Shown here one piece after another: positions 19,417 through 29,820 of a DNA stretch of 64,000 nt. The first letter of the stretch is position 1, and every line of letters begins with the position of its first letter. This stretch comes from Candidatus Omnitrophota bacterium. GTDB lineage: Bacteria > Omnitrophota > Gorgyraeia > Tantalellales > Tantalellaceae. The translations under genes were made by a program, and so were the position numbers. The notes beneath the pieces were generated by a model. The model was not told where the DNA came from. It ran no database searches and saw only the letters and a program-made list of their open reading frames with translations. The stretch is from positions 91,964 through 155,963 of the forward strand of contig JADGBR010000001.1 in assembly GCA_015231405.1 (NCBI GenBank), written 5' to 3'.

Positions 19417-20195
19417 TCCTTGATAAAATAATTTCAAGTAAAAAAGATGAGGTAAGGTCCGCTAAAAAAGATATGCCTCTCGATTCGCTGAAAAAGAAAG
19501 CCATGTCACTGGGCGTAAAAAGCTCGTTCGCCGCCGGTATATCCAGGGAAGGCCATATTAACCTTATAGCGGAGATAAAGAAGAGCTCGCCGTCAAAAGG
19601 GATAATACGCGGCGATTTCGATCCGCTCATGATAGCCTGGGAATATCAGCAATCGGGCGCGAACGCGATAAGCGTTCTCACCGACGAAAGATATTTCGAC
19701 GGCAGGATCGAATACCTGAAAATGGTGAAAGAAAGGGTCGGCATACCTGTGCTCAGGAAGGATTTCATCGTGGACGAATATCAGATATATGAATCGGCCG
19801 TTTATGGGGCCGACGCGATACTCCTTATCTCGGGGATACTTGGTGACGCACAACTTAAAGAGTATCTCGCTATATCTTCGGCTGTCGGATTAGACGTGCT
19901 GGTAGAGACACATGACGATGAGGACCTTTCTAAGGCGATCAATTCGGGAGCCGGGATAATCGGGATCAATAACAGAGACCTCGAAACTTTCCATGTGGAT
20001 ATAAAGAACACGGAAAGGCTGATAGGTTCCATTCCCAAGGGGAAGATAATCGTTTCCGAGAGTGGGATCGAGAGCTACGAAGAGATACTGTTCCTGAAGA
20101 ATCTTGGGGTTAACGCCGTGCTCATAGGCGAGACATTCATGAGGGCCAATGATATAGAAAAAAAAGTGAAGGAAGTGATGAGCGGGGCGCGATAA
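19413..20195 (+). CDS. trpC: indole-3-glycerol phosphate synthase
   Basis: Overlaps the trpD stop. IAEIKKSSPSKG...VLRKDFI barrel. Confidence 0.9.
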   Translation: MILDKIISSKKDEVRSAKKDMPLDSLKKKAMSLGVKSSFAAGISREGHINLIAEIKKSSPSKGIIRGDFDPLMIAWEYQQSGANAISVLTDERYFDGRIEYLKMVKERVGIPVLRKDFIVDEYQIYESAVYGADAILLISGILGDAQLKEYLAISSAVGLDVLVETHDDEDLSKAINSGAGIIGINNRDLETFHVDIKNTERLIGSIPKGKIIVSESGIESYEEILFLKNLGVNAVLIGETFMRANDIEKKVKEVMSGAR

Positions 20196-20213
20196 AACCG
20201 GGGGTATATGAGT

Positions 20214-20335
20214 TTGTTGTCAGTGATCAGTTGCCGGTTTCCGGTTCAGGAAGATGGATCATTTGTAATTGGCTGGGGGAAAATAGCCAATATGAACAGA
20301 CAACGGGCAACGGACAACAGACAATAGGCAACTGA
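20214..20335. repeat. GTT-phased heptamers (tttgttg tcagtga tcagttg ccggttt ccggttc) and AAC-phased heptamers x6 (gaacaga caacggg caacgga caacaga caatagg caactga)
   Basis: Between trpC and trpF. Both arms show 7-nt phasing. The right arm ends 3 nt before the trpF ATG. Confidence 0.65.
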
Positions 20336-20338
20336 CAT

Positions 20339-20980
20339 ATGGTGAAGGTCAAGATCTGCGGGTTAACTAATGTGGAAGACGCGATCGCCGCGTGCGAGGC
20401 CGGAGCTGATTATATAGGATTTCTTTTCGCCGAGGAGTCGCCGAGATTCATCGTGCGGGATAAAGTGAGAGGAATTACCGGAAGCGTTAAGATGAATGTC
20501 GGGAAGGTAGGGCTTTTTAAGGACCATGACGCCGCTTATGTAGCGGAGTCTGTTCAGCTATGCGGTCTCGACCATGTGCAGTTACATGGGAGAGAAACAC
20601 CGGAATATTGTTCTCTCCTAAGAAAAATGATCGCAAAGCGGGATATTACTGTGAAGATACTCAAAACATTCAAAGTGAAAGATAAGATAATGGGAGAGGA
20701 TCCCGAGAACTATAGCGATGTGGACCATTATCTTTTTGACACCTATCATCCGAAAATGATGGGAGGGACGGGTATCAAGTTCGATTGGGACGTTTTAAAG
20801 GGCCGTAATTTCGGAAGGCCTGTTTTTCTCGCGGGAGGGCTGGATCCCGAGAATGTACGTGAAGCGGTGATAGCGTTACGCCCTTACGCCGTTGATGTAT
20901 CCAGCGGTATAGAATCTTCACAGGGAAAGAAAGACGTAAAGAAGGTCAAGGAGTTCATCTACAATGCGAAAAACGCTTAA
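20339..20980 (+). CDS. trpF: phosphoribosylanthranilate isomerase
   Basis: [11 protein letters not shown]...GADYIGF...LAGGL. Confidence 0.85.
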   Translation: MVKVKICGLTNVEDAIAACEAGADYIGFLFAEESPRFIVRDKVRGITGSVKMNVGKVGLFKDHDAAYVAESVQLCGLDHVQLHGRETPEYCSLLRKMIAKRDITVKILKTFKVKDKIMGEDPENYSDVDHYLFDTYHPKMMGGTGIKFDWDVLKGRNFGRPVFLAGGLDPENVREAVIALRPYAVDVSSGIESSQGKKDVKKVKEFIYNAKNA

Positions 20981-22157
20981 AGTTCCTGACAAGAACGGTT
21001 ATTTCGGCGATTTCGGCGGCAGGTTCGTCCCCGAGACTATTATGCCGGCGCTTTCGGAACTGGAGACCGCTTACAGGGATATATGCTCGAGCGCCGATTT
21101 TAGGAAAGAGTTTAATTATTATCTTAAAGATTATGCCGGAAGACCCACCCCTCTTTACTATGCGCATCAGCTCACAAAAGAACTTGGCGGGGCGAAGATC
21201 TACCTTAAAAGAGAGGACCTTCTGCATACGGGCGCGCACAAAATAAATAACACCGTAGGCCAGGGGCTGCTGGCCGTGAAAATGGGCAAAAAAAGGATAA
21301 TAGCAGAGACAGGAGCGGGTCAACACGGGGTAGCGACCGCTACTATTGCCGCGCTTTTTGGCCTTGAATGTGACGTGTATATGGGCTCGGAGGACATAAA
21401 GCGCCAGAGTCTCAATGTCTTCCGGATGAAACTTCTCGGAGCCCGGGTCATTCCCGTCGAAAGCGGATCTTGTACCCTCAAGGACGCCATGAGCGAGGCT
21501 ATGCGCGACTGGGTCACGAACATCAATGATACCTATTATGTAATTGGGTCGGTCGCGGGGCCGCATCCGTACCCGATGCTCGTCAGGGATTTTCAGTCGG
21601 TCATTGGTAAAGAAGCGCGCCAGGAAATACTGGAGAAAGAGCTGAAATTGCCCGCTTACCTTGTCGCATGTGTAGGGGGCGGGAGTAATTCCATGGGGCT
21701 TTTTTATCCGTTCCTCGGGGATAAGCGCGTTAAAATGATAGGTGTCGAGGCCGCTGGACTTGGGGTAGGGACCGCTCATCACGCCGCGGCTCTCGGGAAG
21801 GGGAAGGTAGGGATCCTTCACGGGAGTAAAAGCTATTTACTGGAAACCGACGATGGTCAGGTGAAGCTCGCTCATTCCGTTTCGGCCGGATTGGATTATC
21901 CGGGTGTCGGGCCGGAGCATTCCTATCTCAAGGATACCGGAAGAGTGAGTTATGTTTCTATAACCGATAAGGAAGCGATAAAGGCCGTAAAAGATCTTTC
22001 ATTAACGGAAGGGATAATTCCGGCGCTCGAATCGGCGCACGCTCTCGCATACCTTCCGAAACTGGTCCGTAAAGCCGGTAAAAAAGACGCTGTGATAGTT
22101 TGCCTCTCGGGAAGAGGGGATAAAGACCTTAACATAATCAGGGAATACACGTCATGA
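20964..22157 (+). CDS. trpB: tryptophan synthase beta chain
   Basis: [12 protein letters not shown] lysine, GGGSN. Confidence 0.95.
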   Translation: MRKTLKVPDKNGYFGDFGGRFVPETIMPALSELETAYRDICSSADFRKEFNYYLKDYAGRPTPLYYAHQLTKELGGAKIYLKREDLLHTGAHKINNTVGQGLLAVKMGKKRIIAETGAGQHGVATATIAALFGLECDVYMGSEDIKRQSLNVFRMKLLGARVIPVESGSCTLKDAMSEAMRDWVTNINDTYYVIGSVAGPHPYPMLVRDFQSVIGKEARQEILEKELKLPAYLVACVGGGSNSMGLFYPFLGDKRVKMIGVEAAGLGVGTAHHAAALGKGKVGILHGSKSYLLETDDGQVKLAHSVSAGLDYPGVGPEHSYLKDTGRVSYVSITDKEAIKAVKDLSLTEGIIPALESAHALAYLPKLVRKAGKKDAVIVCLSGRGDKDLNIIREYTS

Positions 22158-22963
22158 ACAGGATAGATCTGACATTTGAACGATTAAGGAAAGAAGGTAA
22201 AAAGGCGTACATCCCCTATGTGACGGCGGGCGACCCGGATATGGCCGTCTCCGAGAAGATAATACGTTCGCTGGCGTTATCCGGGGCCGATATCATAGAG
22301 ATAGGCATACCTTTCTCCGACCCGATAGCTGACGGTCCGACAATACAACGGGCTGTTACGCGCTCTTTATCCGGCGGCTGTACGGTAAAAAAGGTCATGT
22401 TCATGGCCCGCCGTCTCCGGAAAAGTATTCTAGCGCCTTTCGTTTTCATGACATATTACAATATTATCTTTAACCACGGGGTCGAGAAGTTCGTGAAAGA
22501 TTCCATCGCGAACGGAGTTGACGGCGTTATCGTTCCTGACCTTCCGCTTGAGGAATCGAAGGAACTGGCCGATATTTCCAGGAAGGCGGGATTTTCTCTT
22601 GTCGCTCTCGCGGCGCCGACCACGTCCCCGGAAAGATTCAAAAAAATATCGTCCATGGCCGGAGGGTTCATCTATTATGTTTCTTTGACGGGTGTCACGG
22701 GTGCTAAAGCGGCGGAAGCCGCCGAGATAGGACGGAAGGTAAGAGGCCTTAAAAAGGTTACGGATAAACCTGTTTGCGTCGGGTTCGGTGTATCCGGCCC
22801 GGCACTCGCCCGCGAGATAGCCGCTTCGGCAGATGGGGTGATAGTCGGGAGCGCTTTGATAAAACTTATCGAGAAGGATCCCGATAATAAGGGAAGGATG
22901 CCGCGGGAAATAGAGATGTTTTCCCGTTCTATCGCAGAGGCAGTGCATTCCGTAAGAAAATGA
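22154..22963 (+). CDS. trpA: tryptophan synthase alpha chain
   Basis: Overlaps the trpB stop. IPYVTAGDP...[14 protein letters not shown]. Confidence 0.9.
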   Translation: MNRIDLTFERLRKEGKKAYIPYVTAGDPDMAVSEKIIRSLALSGADIIEIGIPFSDPIADGPTIQRAVTRSLSGGCTVKKVMFMARRLRKSILAPFVFMTYYNIIFNHGVEKFVKDSIANGVDGVIVPDLPLEESKELADISRKAGFSLVALAAPTTSPERFKKISSMAGGFIYYVSLTGVTGAKAAEAAEIGRKVRGLKKVTDKPVCVGFGVSGPALAREIAASADGVIVGSALIKLIEKDPDNKGRMPREIEMFSRSIAEAVHSVRK

Positions 22964-23391
22964 GAATACTCGGACTGGATATGGGGACTAAAAGGATAGG
23001 CGTGGCGCTTTCCGACGAAATGGGGATGCTTGCCCAGGGGAAGGGATTCATTATTAGAAAAGGAACAGGTCCTACGCTCAAAGAGATAAGGGATATCGTG
23101 CTGACTGAAGGAGTGATAAGGATAGTCATCGGACTGCCGCTTAATATGGACGGCTCCGAAGGAGAAAGAGCTAAGGACGCGAGATCCTTCGCTCTCATTG
23201 TGGAAAAGGATACGGGTAAAGAGGTGATACTCTGGGATGAAAGGCTCAGCACGAAGGAAGTGGAGGATATTATGATCGAAGCCGATCTCTCAAGGAGAAA
23301 GCGTAAAGGCCTGGTCGATAAAATGGCTGCGCAGGTGATACTGCAGGGGTATCTTGACTTTCAAAATGCGTCCCGTGAGTTAGCCAACTGA
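22960..23391 (+). CDS. ruvX: Holliday-junction resolvase-like nuclease YqgF/RuvX
   Basis: [19 protein letters not shown]; 143 aa. Confidence 0.85.
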   Translation: MRILGLDMGTKRIGVALSDEMGMLAQGKGFIIRKGTGPTLKEIRDIVLTEGVIRIVIGLPLNMDGSEGERAKDARSFALIVEKDTGKEVILWDERLSTKEVEDIMIEADLSRRKRKGLVDKMAAQVILQGYLDFQNASRELAN

Positions 23392-23462
23392 CACGCATTT
23401 TAAAAATATATAAATTTAGATCGTGCCCTCATTTTAGTTCAGCACGATCTAAAAGGAGGATA

Positions 23463-24731
23463 ATGTATTCTGAGAACAAGTTAGCTAATGGTTTGAAGGT
23501 GATAGTATCCCCCATGCCCCATATGAATTCCGTATCGATCGGAGTTTGGATAGGCGTTGGCGGGAGGCATGAAAACACTGCCCAGAGCGGTATCAGCCAT
23601 TTTATCGAGCACATGGTCTTTAAAGGAACCCTTCTGCGTTCGGCGAAAGAACTTAAGGAATCGGTTGAAGGCGTTGGCGGCGCGCTTAACGGGTTCACGT
23701 CCGATGAGGTGACCTGTTATATGGTCAAGGTCCCGGCTAGATATTTTGAGAGCGGCATGGATATACTCACGGATATGGTATATAACCCTAAATTCGACGA
23801 AGAAAGTATCGTGAACGAAAAATTCGTAATATGCGAAGAGATCAAGATGTATAAGGACCAGCCAGCGGAGCATGTCCACGAAATACTCGAGGGAGTGATG
23901 TGGCCGGGTAATCCAATGGGCCGGCCTCTTACCGGTACCATCTCCACGGTCAAGTCTTTTAAGAGGGATGACATAGTCAAGTTCAAGAAGAAGTATTATT
24001 CCCCTTCGAATATCGCGGTGGTCGTCGTAGGAAAGATAACGACGAAAGAGGTCATGAAATATGTTTCCCGCCTCTATAAGGGCGACGCTCAAAAGACGCC
24101 GGGCTACTATCCCGTAAAACTGTCCCAAAAAGACCTGAAGGTGGCTATTTCCCGCCGGAAGACAAAACAGATGCATCTCGCTATCGGGTTCCCTGTAAAG
24201 AACACATCGGAGAATGACAAGTTCGCGTCGCAGCTTACAAGTGTAATACTGGGCGGGAACATGTCCTCACGCCTGTTCGAGGAACTCAGGGAGAAGAAAG
24301 GCCTCTGTTACGACATTGCCTCCAGCTTTAAATATCATAAAGATATAGCCGAGTTCGTGATACACGGCGGGATCGACCGGGGCAAATTCCATATAGCCCT
24401 TTCGGGGATAATTGACGAGGTCATCAAACTGAAGGAGCAAGGCGTTAAAGAAGATGAGCTCATAAGGGCGAAAGAATTCGCTAAAGGCCAGTTCCAACTC
24501 GGGCTCGAAAGCACTTCCAACAGGATGATATGGCTGGGAGATAAGATAATGGTCGATGGGAAGATCCCGGATATAGAACATATCCTTAGTTCTCTTGATA
24601 AGGTCACCTGCCTAGACATTAAATCGGTCTCCCTGAGGATTTTCTCGCGTTCGATGGCTAATCTGGCGGTCATCGGGGATCTTGCCGAGAAGGATAAGAG
24701 CTGGATGATAAGAGACCTGGAAAGGTTATGA
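23463..24731 (+). CDS. M16-family zinc peptidase (insulinase-like)
   Basis: Inverted zinc motif HFIEHMVFKGT (HxxEH); 422 aa. Confidence 0.85.
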   Translation: MYSENKLANGLKVIVSPMPHMNSVSIGVWIGVGGRHENTAQSGISHFIEHMVFKGTLLRSAKELKESVEGVGGALNGFTSDEVTCYMVKVPARYFESGMDILTDMVYNPKFDEESIVNEKFVICEEIKMYKDQPAEHVHEILEGVMWPGNPMGRPLTGTISTVKSFKRDDIVKFKKKYYSPSNIAVVVVGKITTKEVMKYVSRLYKGDAQKTPGYYPVKLSQKDLKVAISRRKTKQMHLAIGFPVKNTSENDKFASQLTSVILGGNMSSRLFEELREKKGLCYDIASSFKYHKDIAEFVIHGGIDRGKFHIALSGIIDEVIKLKEQGVKEDELIRAKEFAKGQFQLGLESTSNRMIWLGDKIMVDGKIPDIEHILSSLDKVTCLDIKSVSLRIFSRSMANLAVIGDLAEKDKSWMIRDLERL

Positions 24732-25819
24732 AAAATTCCCTGAGGATAGCGCGGTTCTTTGGCATAGATATAGAGTTGCACCTGACATTTTTAGTTCTTC
24801 TGGTCTTTTTTTTATCCGTTATGGGGATAAAGGGGATATTGCTGGTAGCCGGCGTCTTTATTTGCGTAACGACGCATGAACTTTCGCATAGCCTGGCGGC
24901 GCGATATTTCGGTATGAGGGTGAGGAAAATAACCCTTTTACCCATCGGGGGAATAGCCTCGGTATCAGGATATCCCCGGACGCCCAGGGCGGAGATGCTG
25001 ATAAGTTTCGCCGGGCCTCTTTCAAATATCCTCATAATGGCGGTTTTCTATTTCCCTTTATATTTTTACCTGGGCGCGGACAAGTTCTTTTCCACGCTGA
25101 ATATAATTAGGGGCAGTTCGGAAATAGCCGGGATCAAAGATCTTATCATGTATGTGTACTGGCTGAACATGGTCATCGCTGTATTCAACCTTATGCCGGC
25201 GTTCCCGATGGACGGGGGAAGGATACTCAGAGCCTGGCTCTCTTACCGTTGCGGCCGTGAAAAAGCCACTAAAATAGCGGTAAGGACAGGCCATATATTC
25301 GCCCTTTGTTTCGCTTATCTGGGCATTGTGTACGGCCATATATTTCTTCTCATAATCGCCGTTTTTGTGTATACTTCGGCTACGGGGGAAGAAGAGAGCG
25401 TGAGCGTTGAGGAATATCTCGTCAGGTTCAGGGTGGGCGACGTGATATCCCGTAAGGCAGTGTGCCTATCGCCGGAAATGACTCTATCGGATCTTTACGG
25501 ACAGGTCCTTTCCAGCGATCAGGAGATCTATCCAGTATTGTCCGAAGGCGGGTTCAAGGGGATATTTATGAAGGACGATATTTTTAAGTCATACCGCGGG
25601 GATAAGGCGGCTATAAAGGTACGGGACATTATGACCTGTGATCCCATGACGGTAAAGGCTGAAGACCGTTTGGATACGGCGCGAAAATTGATGATCGAGA
25701 CGAAGAGCGGTGCGCTTACGGTGCTTAACGAAGGGTCTGTCACCGGGATAGTCACAATGAACGACATAATGAGGGCTTATCTAATGGCGAAAGAGCTGGG
25801 GGAGGGGAAAGGCTTATGA
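24728..25819 (+). CDS. M50 site-2 protease family membrane metalloprotease with CBS pair
   Basis: HELSHSLAARYFGM (HExxH), NLMPAFPMDGGRIL (LDG motif), multiple TM helices, two C-terminal CBS domains. Confidence 0.85.
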   Translation: MKNSLRIARFFGIDIELHLTFLVLLVFFLSVMGIKGILLVAGVFICVTTHELSHSLAARYFGMRVRKITLLPIGGIASVSGYPRTPRAEMLISFAGPLSNILIMAVFYFPLYFYLGADKFFSTLNIIRGSSEIAGIKDLIMYVYWLNMVIAVFNLMPAFPMDGGRILRAWLSYRCGREKATKIAVRTGHIFALCFAYLGIVYGHIFLLIIAVFVYTSATGEEESVSVEEYLVRFRVGDVISRKAVCLSPEMTLSDLYGQVLSSDQEIYPVLSEGGFKGIFMKDDIFKSYRGDKAAIKVRDIMTCDPMTVKAEDRLDTARKLMIETKSGALTVLNEGSVTGIVTMNDIMRAYLMAKELGEGKGL

Positions 25820-26460
25820 AAAGAGTGCTTATTGCTCCAAGCATTCTTTCCGCGGATTTCGGCCGATTGGCCGAAGAGATAGGGATGATAGAACGCGCCG
25901 GAGCGGATTGGGTCCATATAGACGTAATGGACGGGATGTTCGTCCCGAACATAACCATAGGGCCCGTGGTCGTCAGGTCCATCAGGAAAACAACTAAACT
26001 TGTTTTTGACGTTCATCTCATGATAGAAGACCCGGGGCGATATGTGGGTGATTTCGCCGACGCCGGATCAGATCTGATAACCTTCCACATAGAGGCATGC
26101 AAAGATCCTGTTTCGATCATCGGGAAGATACGTGATAAAAAGAAGAGGGCCGGTATCTCCATAAAACCAGGTACGGATATTTCCCGGTTAAAAGGACTTC
26201 TGGACAAGGTTGACATGGTGCTTATAATGACAGTAGAGCCTGGATTCGCCGGTCAGGCTTTTATGGAAGATATGATGGACAAAATAAGCACAGTGAGGAA
26301 AAATTATTCCGGGCTGATACAGGTCGACGGAGGTATAAACGCCGAAACGGCAAAGACCGCGATCTCTGCCGGCGCTGATGTTCTTGTGGCGGGATCGTAT
26401 GTTTTCGGAACAAAAGATTATGGGGCGGCTATTCGTAAAGTTAGGGGTGATTTTACGTAA
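25816..26460 (+). CDS. rpe: ribulose-phosphate 3-epimerase
   Basis: APSILSADFGRL...HIDVMDG...HLM. Confidence 0.9.
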   Translation: MKRVLIAPSILSADFGRLAEEIGMIERAGADWVHIDVMDGMFVPNITIGPVVVRSIRKTTKLVFDVHLMIEDPGRYVGDFADAGSDLITFHIEACKDPVSIIGKIRDKKKRAGISIKPGTDISRLKGLLDKVDMVLIMTVEPGFAGQAFMEDMMDKISTVRKNYSGLIQVDGGINAETAKTAISAGADVLVAGSYVFGTKDYGAAIRKVRGDFT

Positions 26461-26509
26461 GACGTAAGACGTAGGACGTGGGACGTCCTACGTCTTACGT
26501 CCTATGTTA
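26454..26509. repeat. eight tandem heptamers NACGTNN forming a perfect 19-bp inverted repeat with 3-nt centre (26461-26501)
   Basis: tacgtaa gacgtaa gacgtag gacgtgg gacgtcc tacgtct tacgtcc tatgtta. GACGTAAGACGTAGGACGT-ggg-ACGTCCTACGTCTTACGTC starts right at the rpe stop. Confidence 0.8.
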
Positions 26510-26546
26510 TTCAATCATTAGCGGTCTAACAAAACGGAGGGAAACA

Positions 26547-27971
26547 ATGGCGCGGATCAAGTTTGGCACTGACGGATGGAGGGCGATAATAGCCGAGGAT
26601 TTTACTTTCGAAAATGTCGGAATAGCGGCTCAGGCAATAGCGGATTTCATTTTATCGAGGGAGGAACCTCTCTATAAAAAGAGAACAGCGGTAGTGGGAT
26701 ACGACACGAGGTTCCTGTCCGATAAATTCGCCGAGACCGTTTCTTCCGTATTGGCGGCCAACGGCATAAAGGTCATACTTTCGCATGAGCCGTGTCCGAC
26801 CCCTGCCGTAAGTTTCTTCATAAAGGACAGGGAGCTAACGGGTGGAGTCATGATAACAGCCAGCCATAATCCCCCGCAGTATAACGGGGTGAAATATAAG
26901 GGCTATTTCGGCGGTTCCGCGGGTAGCGACATCATCGACGATATTGAAACCCGGCTGTACAAGACCCCTGTCAAACAAATTCCTTTCGATGACGCGGTTA
27001 AAAATAAAATGGTACTGGTCCAGGACATTATAAAAGACCAGCTGACCTTCATCAAGAAATACGCCGATATGAAACTTTTGAATAAGAAAAAGCTCAGAGT
27101 GCTTGTCGATTCGATGTTCGGTACCGGGGCCACATATCTTGGTGATCTCTTATCGAAAACAAAGATAGAAGTGGATTACATCCATACTGACATGAACCCC
27201 GGGTTCCTTGGGAACGCTCCGGAGCCCAACGGTAAACATCTTGTTGAGCTTATGGAAAAGGTCAAGAGAGGGAAGTACGACCTCGGGGTCGCGACCGACG
27301 GTGACGCGGACAGGGTCGGGATAGTGGATAACAAAGGGAATATTCTTACGGGCCATAAGGTCATGTCGCTCCTCCTTTTGCACCTTCTGGAGAACAGGAA
27401 GATGCGTGGAGGGGTCATCCAGACGATATGCGGGACAGGTCTCATAACGAAGATGTGCAAAGAGTACGGTGTAAAGGCTTATGAGACTCCAGTCGGGTTC
27501 AAGTATATTTGTGAGCTTATGGTAAAAGAGGATATTCTTCTCGGCGGCGAGGAAACAGGGGGCATAGGTTTTAAGAATTATATCCCCGAAAGGGACGGTT
27601 TCCTTTCGGCCCTTCTGATAATGGAACTTATAATAAGCATGAAAAAGCCACTTTCCGAGATCCTGAAATGGGTCGACAGGAAATACGGCAGCTATGTGTA
27701 CGAAAGGGAGGATATCCTCTTCCCGGAGGAAAAAAGGAAGGCTATCATGGACGGGCTCAAGGATAAGCCCATAAAGAGCGTTTTAGCGAGGCCCGTGGTC
27801 GAGATAAACGGCGCCGACGGGTATAAATTCATCTGCGATGACGGCAGCTGGCTTCTTATAAGGCTTTCCGGAACTGAGCCGAAATTGAGGATATACAGCG
27901 AGACTTCATCGTCAAAAAAGTCTCTCCAGTATATTAAGGCCGGAAAGGATTACGCGTTCTCTCTATTTTAA
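26547..27971 (+). CDS. phosphoglucomutase/phosphomannomutase family protein
   Basis: MARIKFGTDGWRA, active-site ITASHNP, GEETGG. RBS ACGGAGGGA. The 6-frame ORF start at 26478 is inside the palindrome and is rejected. Confidence 0.85.
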   Translation: MARIKFGTDGWRAIIAEDFTFENVGIAAQAIADFILSREEPLYKKRTAVVGYDTRFLSDKFAETVSSVLAANGIKVILSHEPCPTPAVSFFIKDRELTGGVMITASHNPPQYNGVKYKGYFGGSAGSDIIDDIETRLYKTPVKQIPFDDAVKNKMVLVQDIIKDQLTFIKKYADMKLLNKKKLRVLVDSMFGTGATYLGDLLSKTKIEVDYIHTDMNPGFLGNAPEPNGKHLVELMEKVKRGKYDLGVATDGDADRVGIVDNKGNILTGHKVMSLLLLHLLENRKMRGGVIQTICGTGLITKMCKEYGVKAYETPVGFKYICELMVKEDILLGGEETGGIGFKNYIPERDGFLSALLIMELIISMKKPLSEILKWVDRKYGSYVYEREDILFPEEKRKAIMDGLKDKPIKSVLARPVVEINGADGYKFICDDGSWLLIRLSGTEPKLRIYSETSSSKKSLQYIKAGKDYAFSLF

Positions 27972-27984
27972 CGCTGAAAAGATT

Positions 27985-29784
27985 ATGGAAAAACTGTCAA
28001 AGATACGTAACTTCTGCATAATCGCGCATATCGATCACGGGAAATCGACGCTGGCGGATAGGTTCATACAGATAACGAACACAGTCGAGAGCAGGGTTTT
28101 CCGCGACCAGTTCCTTGACAATATGGACCTCGAGAGGGAACGGGGCATTACGATAAAATCCAGCGCGGTAAAGATCAATTTCCGTTCAAAGGACGGGAAC
28201 CAGTACCATCTTAACCTCATAGACACTCCCGGGCACGTCGATTTCTCGTACGAGGTATCGAAAGCCATCGCGGCATGCGAAGGGGCCATAATCCTGGTTG
28301 ACGCGGTACAGGGGATCGAAGCTCAGACGCTCGCTAATCTCTATCTTGCCATGGAGCATGACCTTGTTATTATCCCTGTGATAAATAAGATAGATCTCAG
28401 GAACGCGCGAGTCGATGACGTAAAGCTCCAGATTATAGAACTGATGGGAGTCGAAGAGAATGAGATCCTTCTTGTTAGCGCTAAAGAGGGCATGGGGATC
28501 AGCGATGTGCTCGAAGCCATAGTCCAACGGGTGCCGGCTCCCAGAGGGATAATCGGGGAACCGCTCCGAGCGCTCATATTCGATTCTTCATATGATAAAT
28601 ACAGGGGTGTCATAGTATATGTGAGGATCATGGACGGTCTCATCCGCACGGGAGCCATGATAGAGATGATGAACAGGCGCTCAAAGTATGAGGTGAAGGA
28701 GGCCGGCATATTCACGCCGCTAGAGGTCCCCGTTGAAGAACTCGGCTGTGGAGAGGTTGGTTATATCATCTGCAATATCAAGGACGCCAGTGAAGTAGAA
28801 GTTGGCGACACCATAACCGACGTCACCAACCGGGCGAAAGAAGCTCTCCCGGGGTACAAGAAGGTGAAGCCGATGGTTTTCAGCGGCATTTACCCGGTTT
28901 CTAACGAGGATTATGAGGCGCTTAAGGACGCGGTTGACAAGCTGAGGTTATCGGACCCGTCGTTCATATATGAGCCTGAAACTTCGGCGGCTTTGGGATT
29001 CGGATTCAGGTGCGGGTTCCTCGGGCTTTTACACATGGAAATAATCCAGGAGCGCCTGGAAAGGGAATTCGATCTTAACCTTATCCTGACCAGCCCAAGC
29101 GTTAAATATAAGGTGAAGCTGGCCCACGGGGACCTAATAGATATCGATAACCCTACAAAATATCCCGATCCGGAAAAGATCGAATATGTCGAGGAACCTT
29201 TCGTGAAATGCCATATTTTCGCTCCCTGCGAGTCTTTAGGGGGGCTTATGAAATTATGCGAGGGAAAGAGAGGCGAATATATAAGCACCAAATATCTTGA
29301 CCCGACCAGGGTACACCTAACTTACGATATTCCACTCGCGGAGATAGTAGTGGATTTTCATGATAAGATCAAATCATCCACACAGGGGTACGGGTCGCTG
29401 GATTACGAGTTCATAGGGTACAGAAAAGCCGATATCGTTAAACTTGAGATCCTTATCAATTCCGAACCCTGCGATGCGCTTTCCAATATCGTACACCGGG
29501 ATAGAGCCAGGACAAAAGGCCTCGAACTTGTTTCTAGCCTAAAGGAAAGTATCCCTAAACATCTTTTTAAAATAGCCCTTCAAGCCGCCATCGGCGGGAA
29601 TGTGGTCGCGAGGGAGGACATTACCGCGCTAAAAAAACATGTCACGGGGAAATGTTACGGAGGGGATATAACAAGGAAGAGAAAACTGTGGGATAACCAA
29701 AAAGAGGGTAAGAAGAAAATGAGGCGGATCGGCAGTGTGGATGTGCCGAAGGAAGCTTTTCTTAAAGCGATGCGGGTAGCGTAG
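27985..29784 (+). CDS. lepA: elongation factor 4
   Basis: NFCIIAHIDHGKSTLADR; 599 aa with the LepA C-terminal domain. Confidence 0.95.
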   Translation: MEKLSKIRNFCIIAHIDHGKSTLADRFIQITNTVESRVFRDQFLDNMDLERERGITIKSSAVKINFRSKDGNQYHLNLIDTPGHVDFSYEVSKAIAACEGAIILVDAVQGIEAQTLANLYLAMEHDLVIIPVINKIDLRNARVDDVKLQIIELMGVEENEILLVSAKEGMGISDVLEAIVQRVPAPRGIIGEPLRALIFDSSYDKYRGVIVYVRIMDGLIRTGAMIEMMNRRSKYEVKEAGIFTPLEVPVEELGCGEVGYIICNIKDASEVEVGDTITDVTNRAKEALPGYKKVKPMVFSGIYPVSNEDYEALKDAVDKLRLSDPSFIYEPETSAALGFGFRCGFLGLLHMEIIQERLEREFDLNLILTSPSVKYKVKLAHGDLIDIDNPTKYPDPEKIEYVEEPFVKCHIFAPCESLGGLMKLCEGKRGEYISTKYLDPTRVHLTYDIPLAEIVVDFHDKIKSSTQGYGSLDYEFIGYRKADIVKLEILINSEPCDALSNIVHRDRARTKGLELVSSLKESIPKHLFKIALQAAIGGNVVAREDITALKKHVTGKCYGGDITRKRKLWDNQKEGKKKMRRIGSVDVPKEAFLKAMRVA

Positions 29785-29820
29785 AAAAAAACGATCAACA
29801 TCAAAGTTAAAGGGAGAGAC

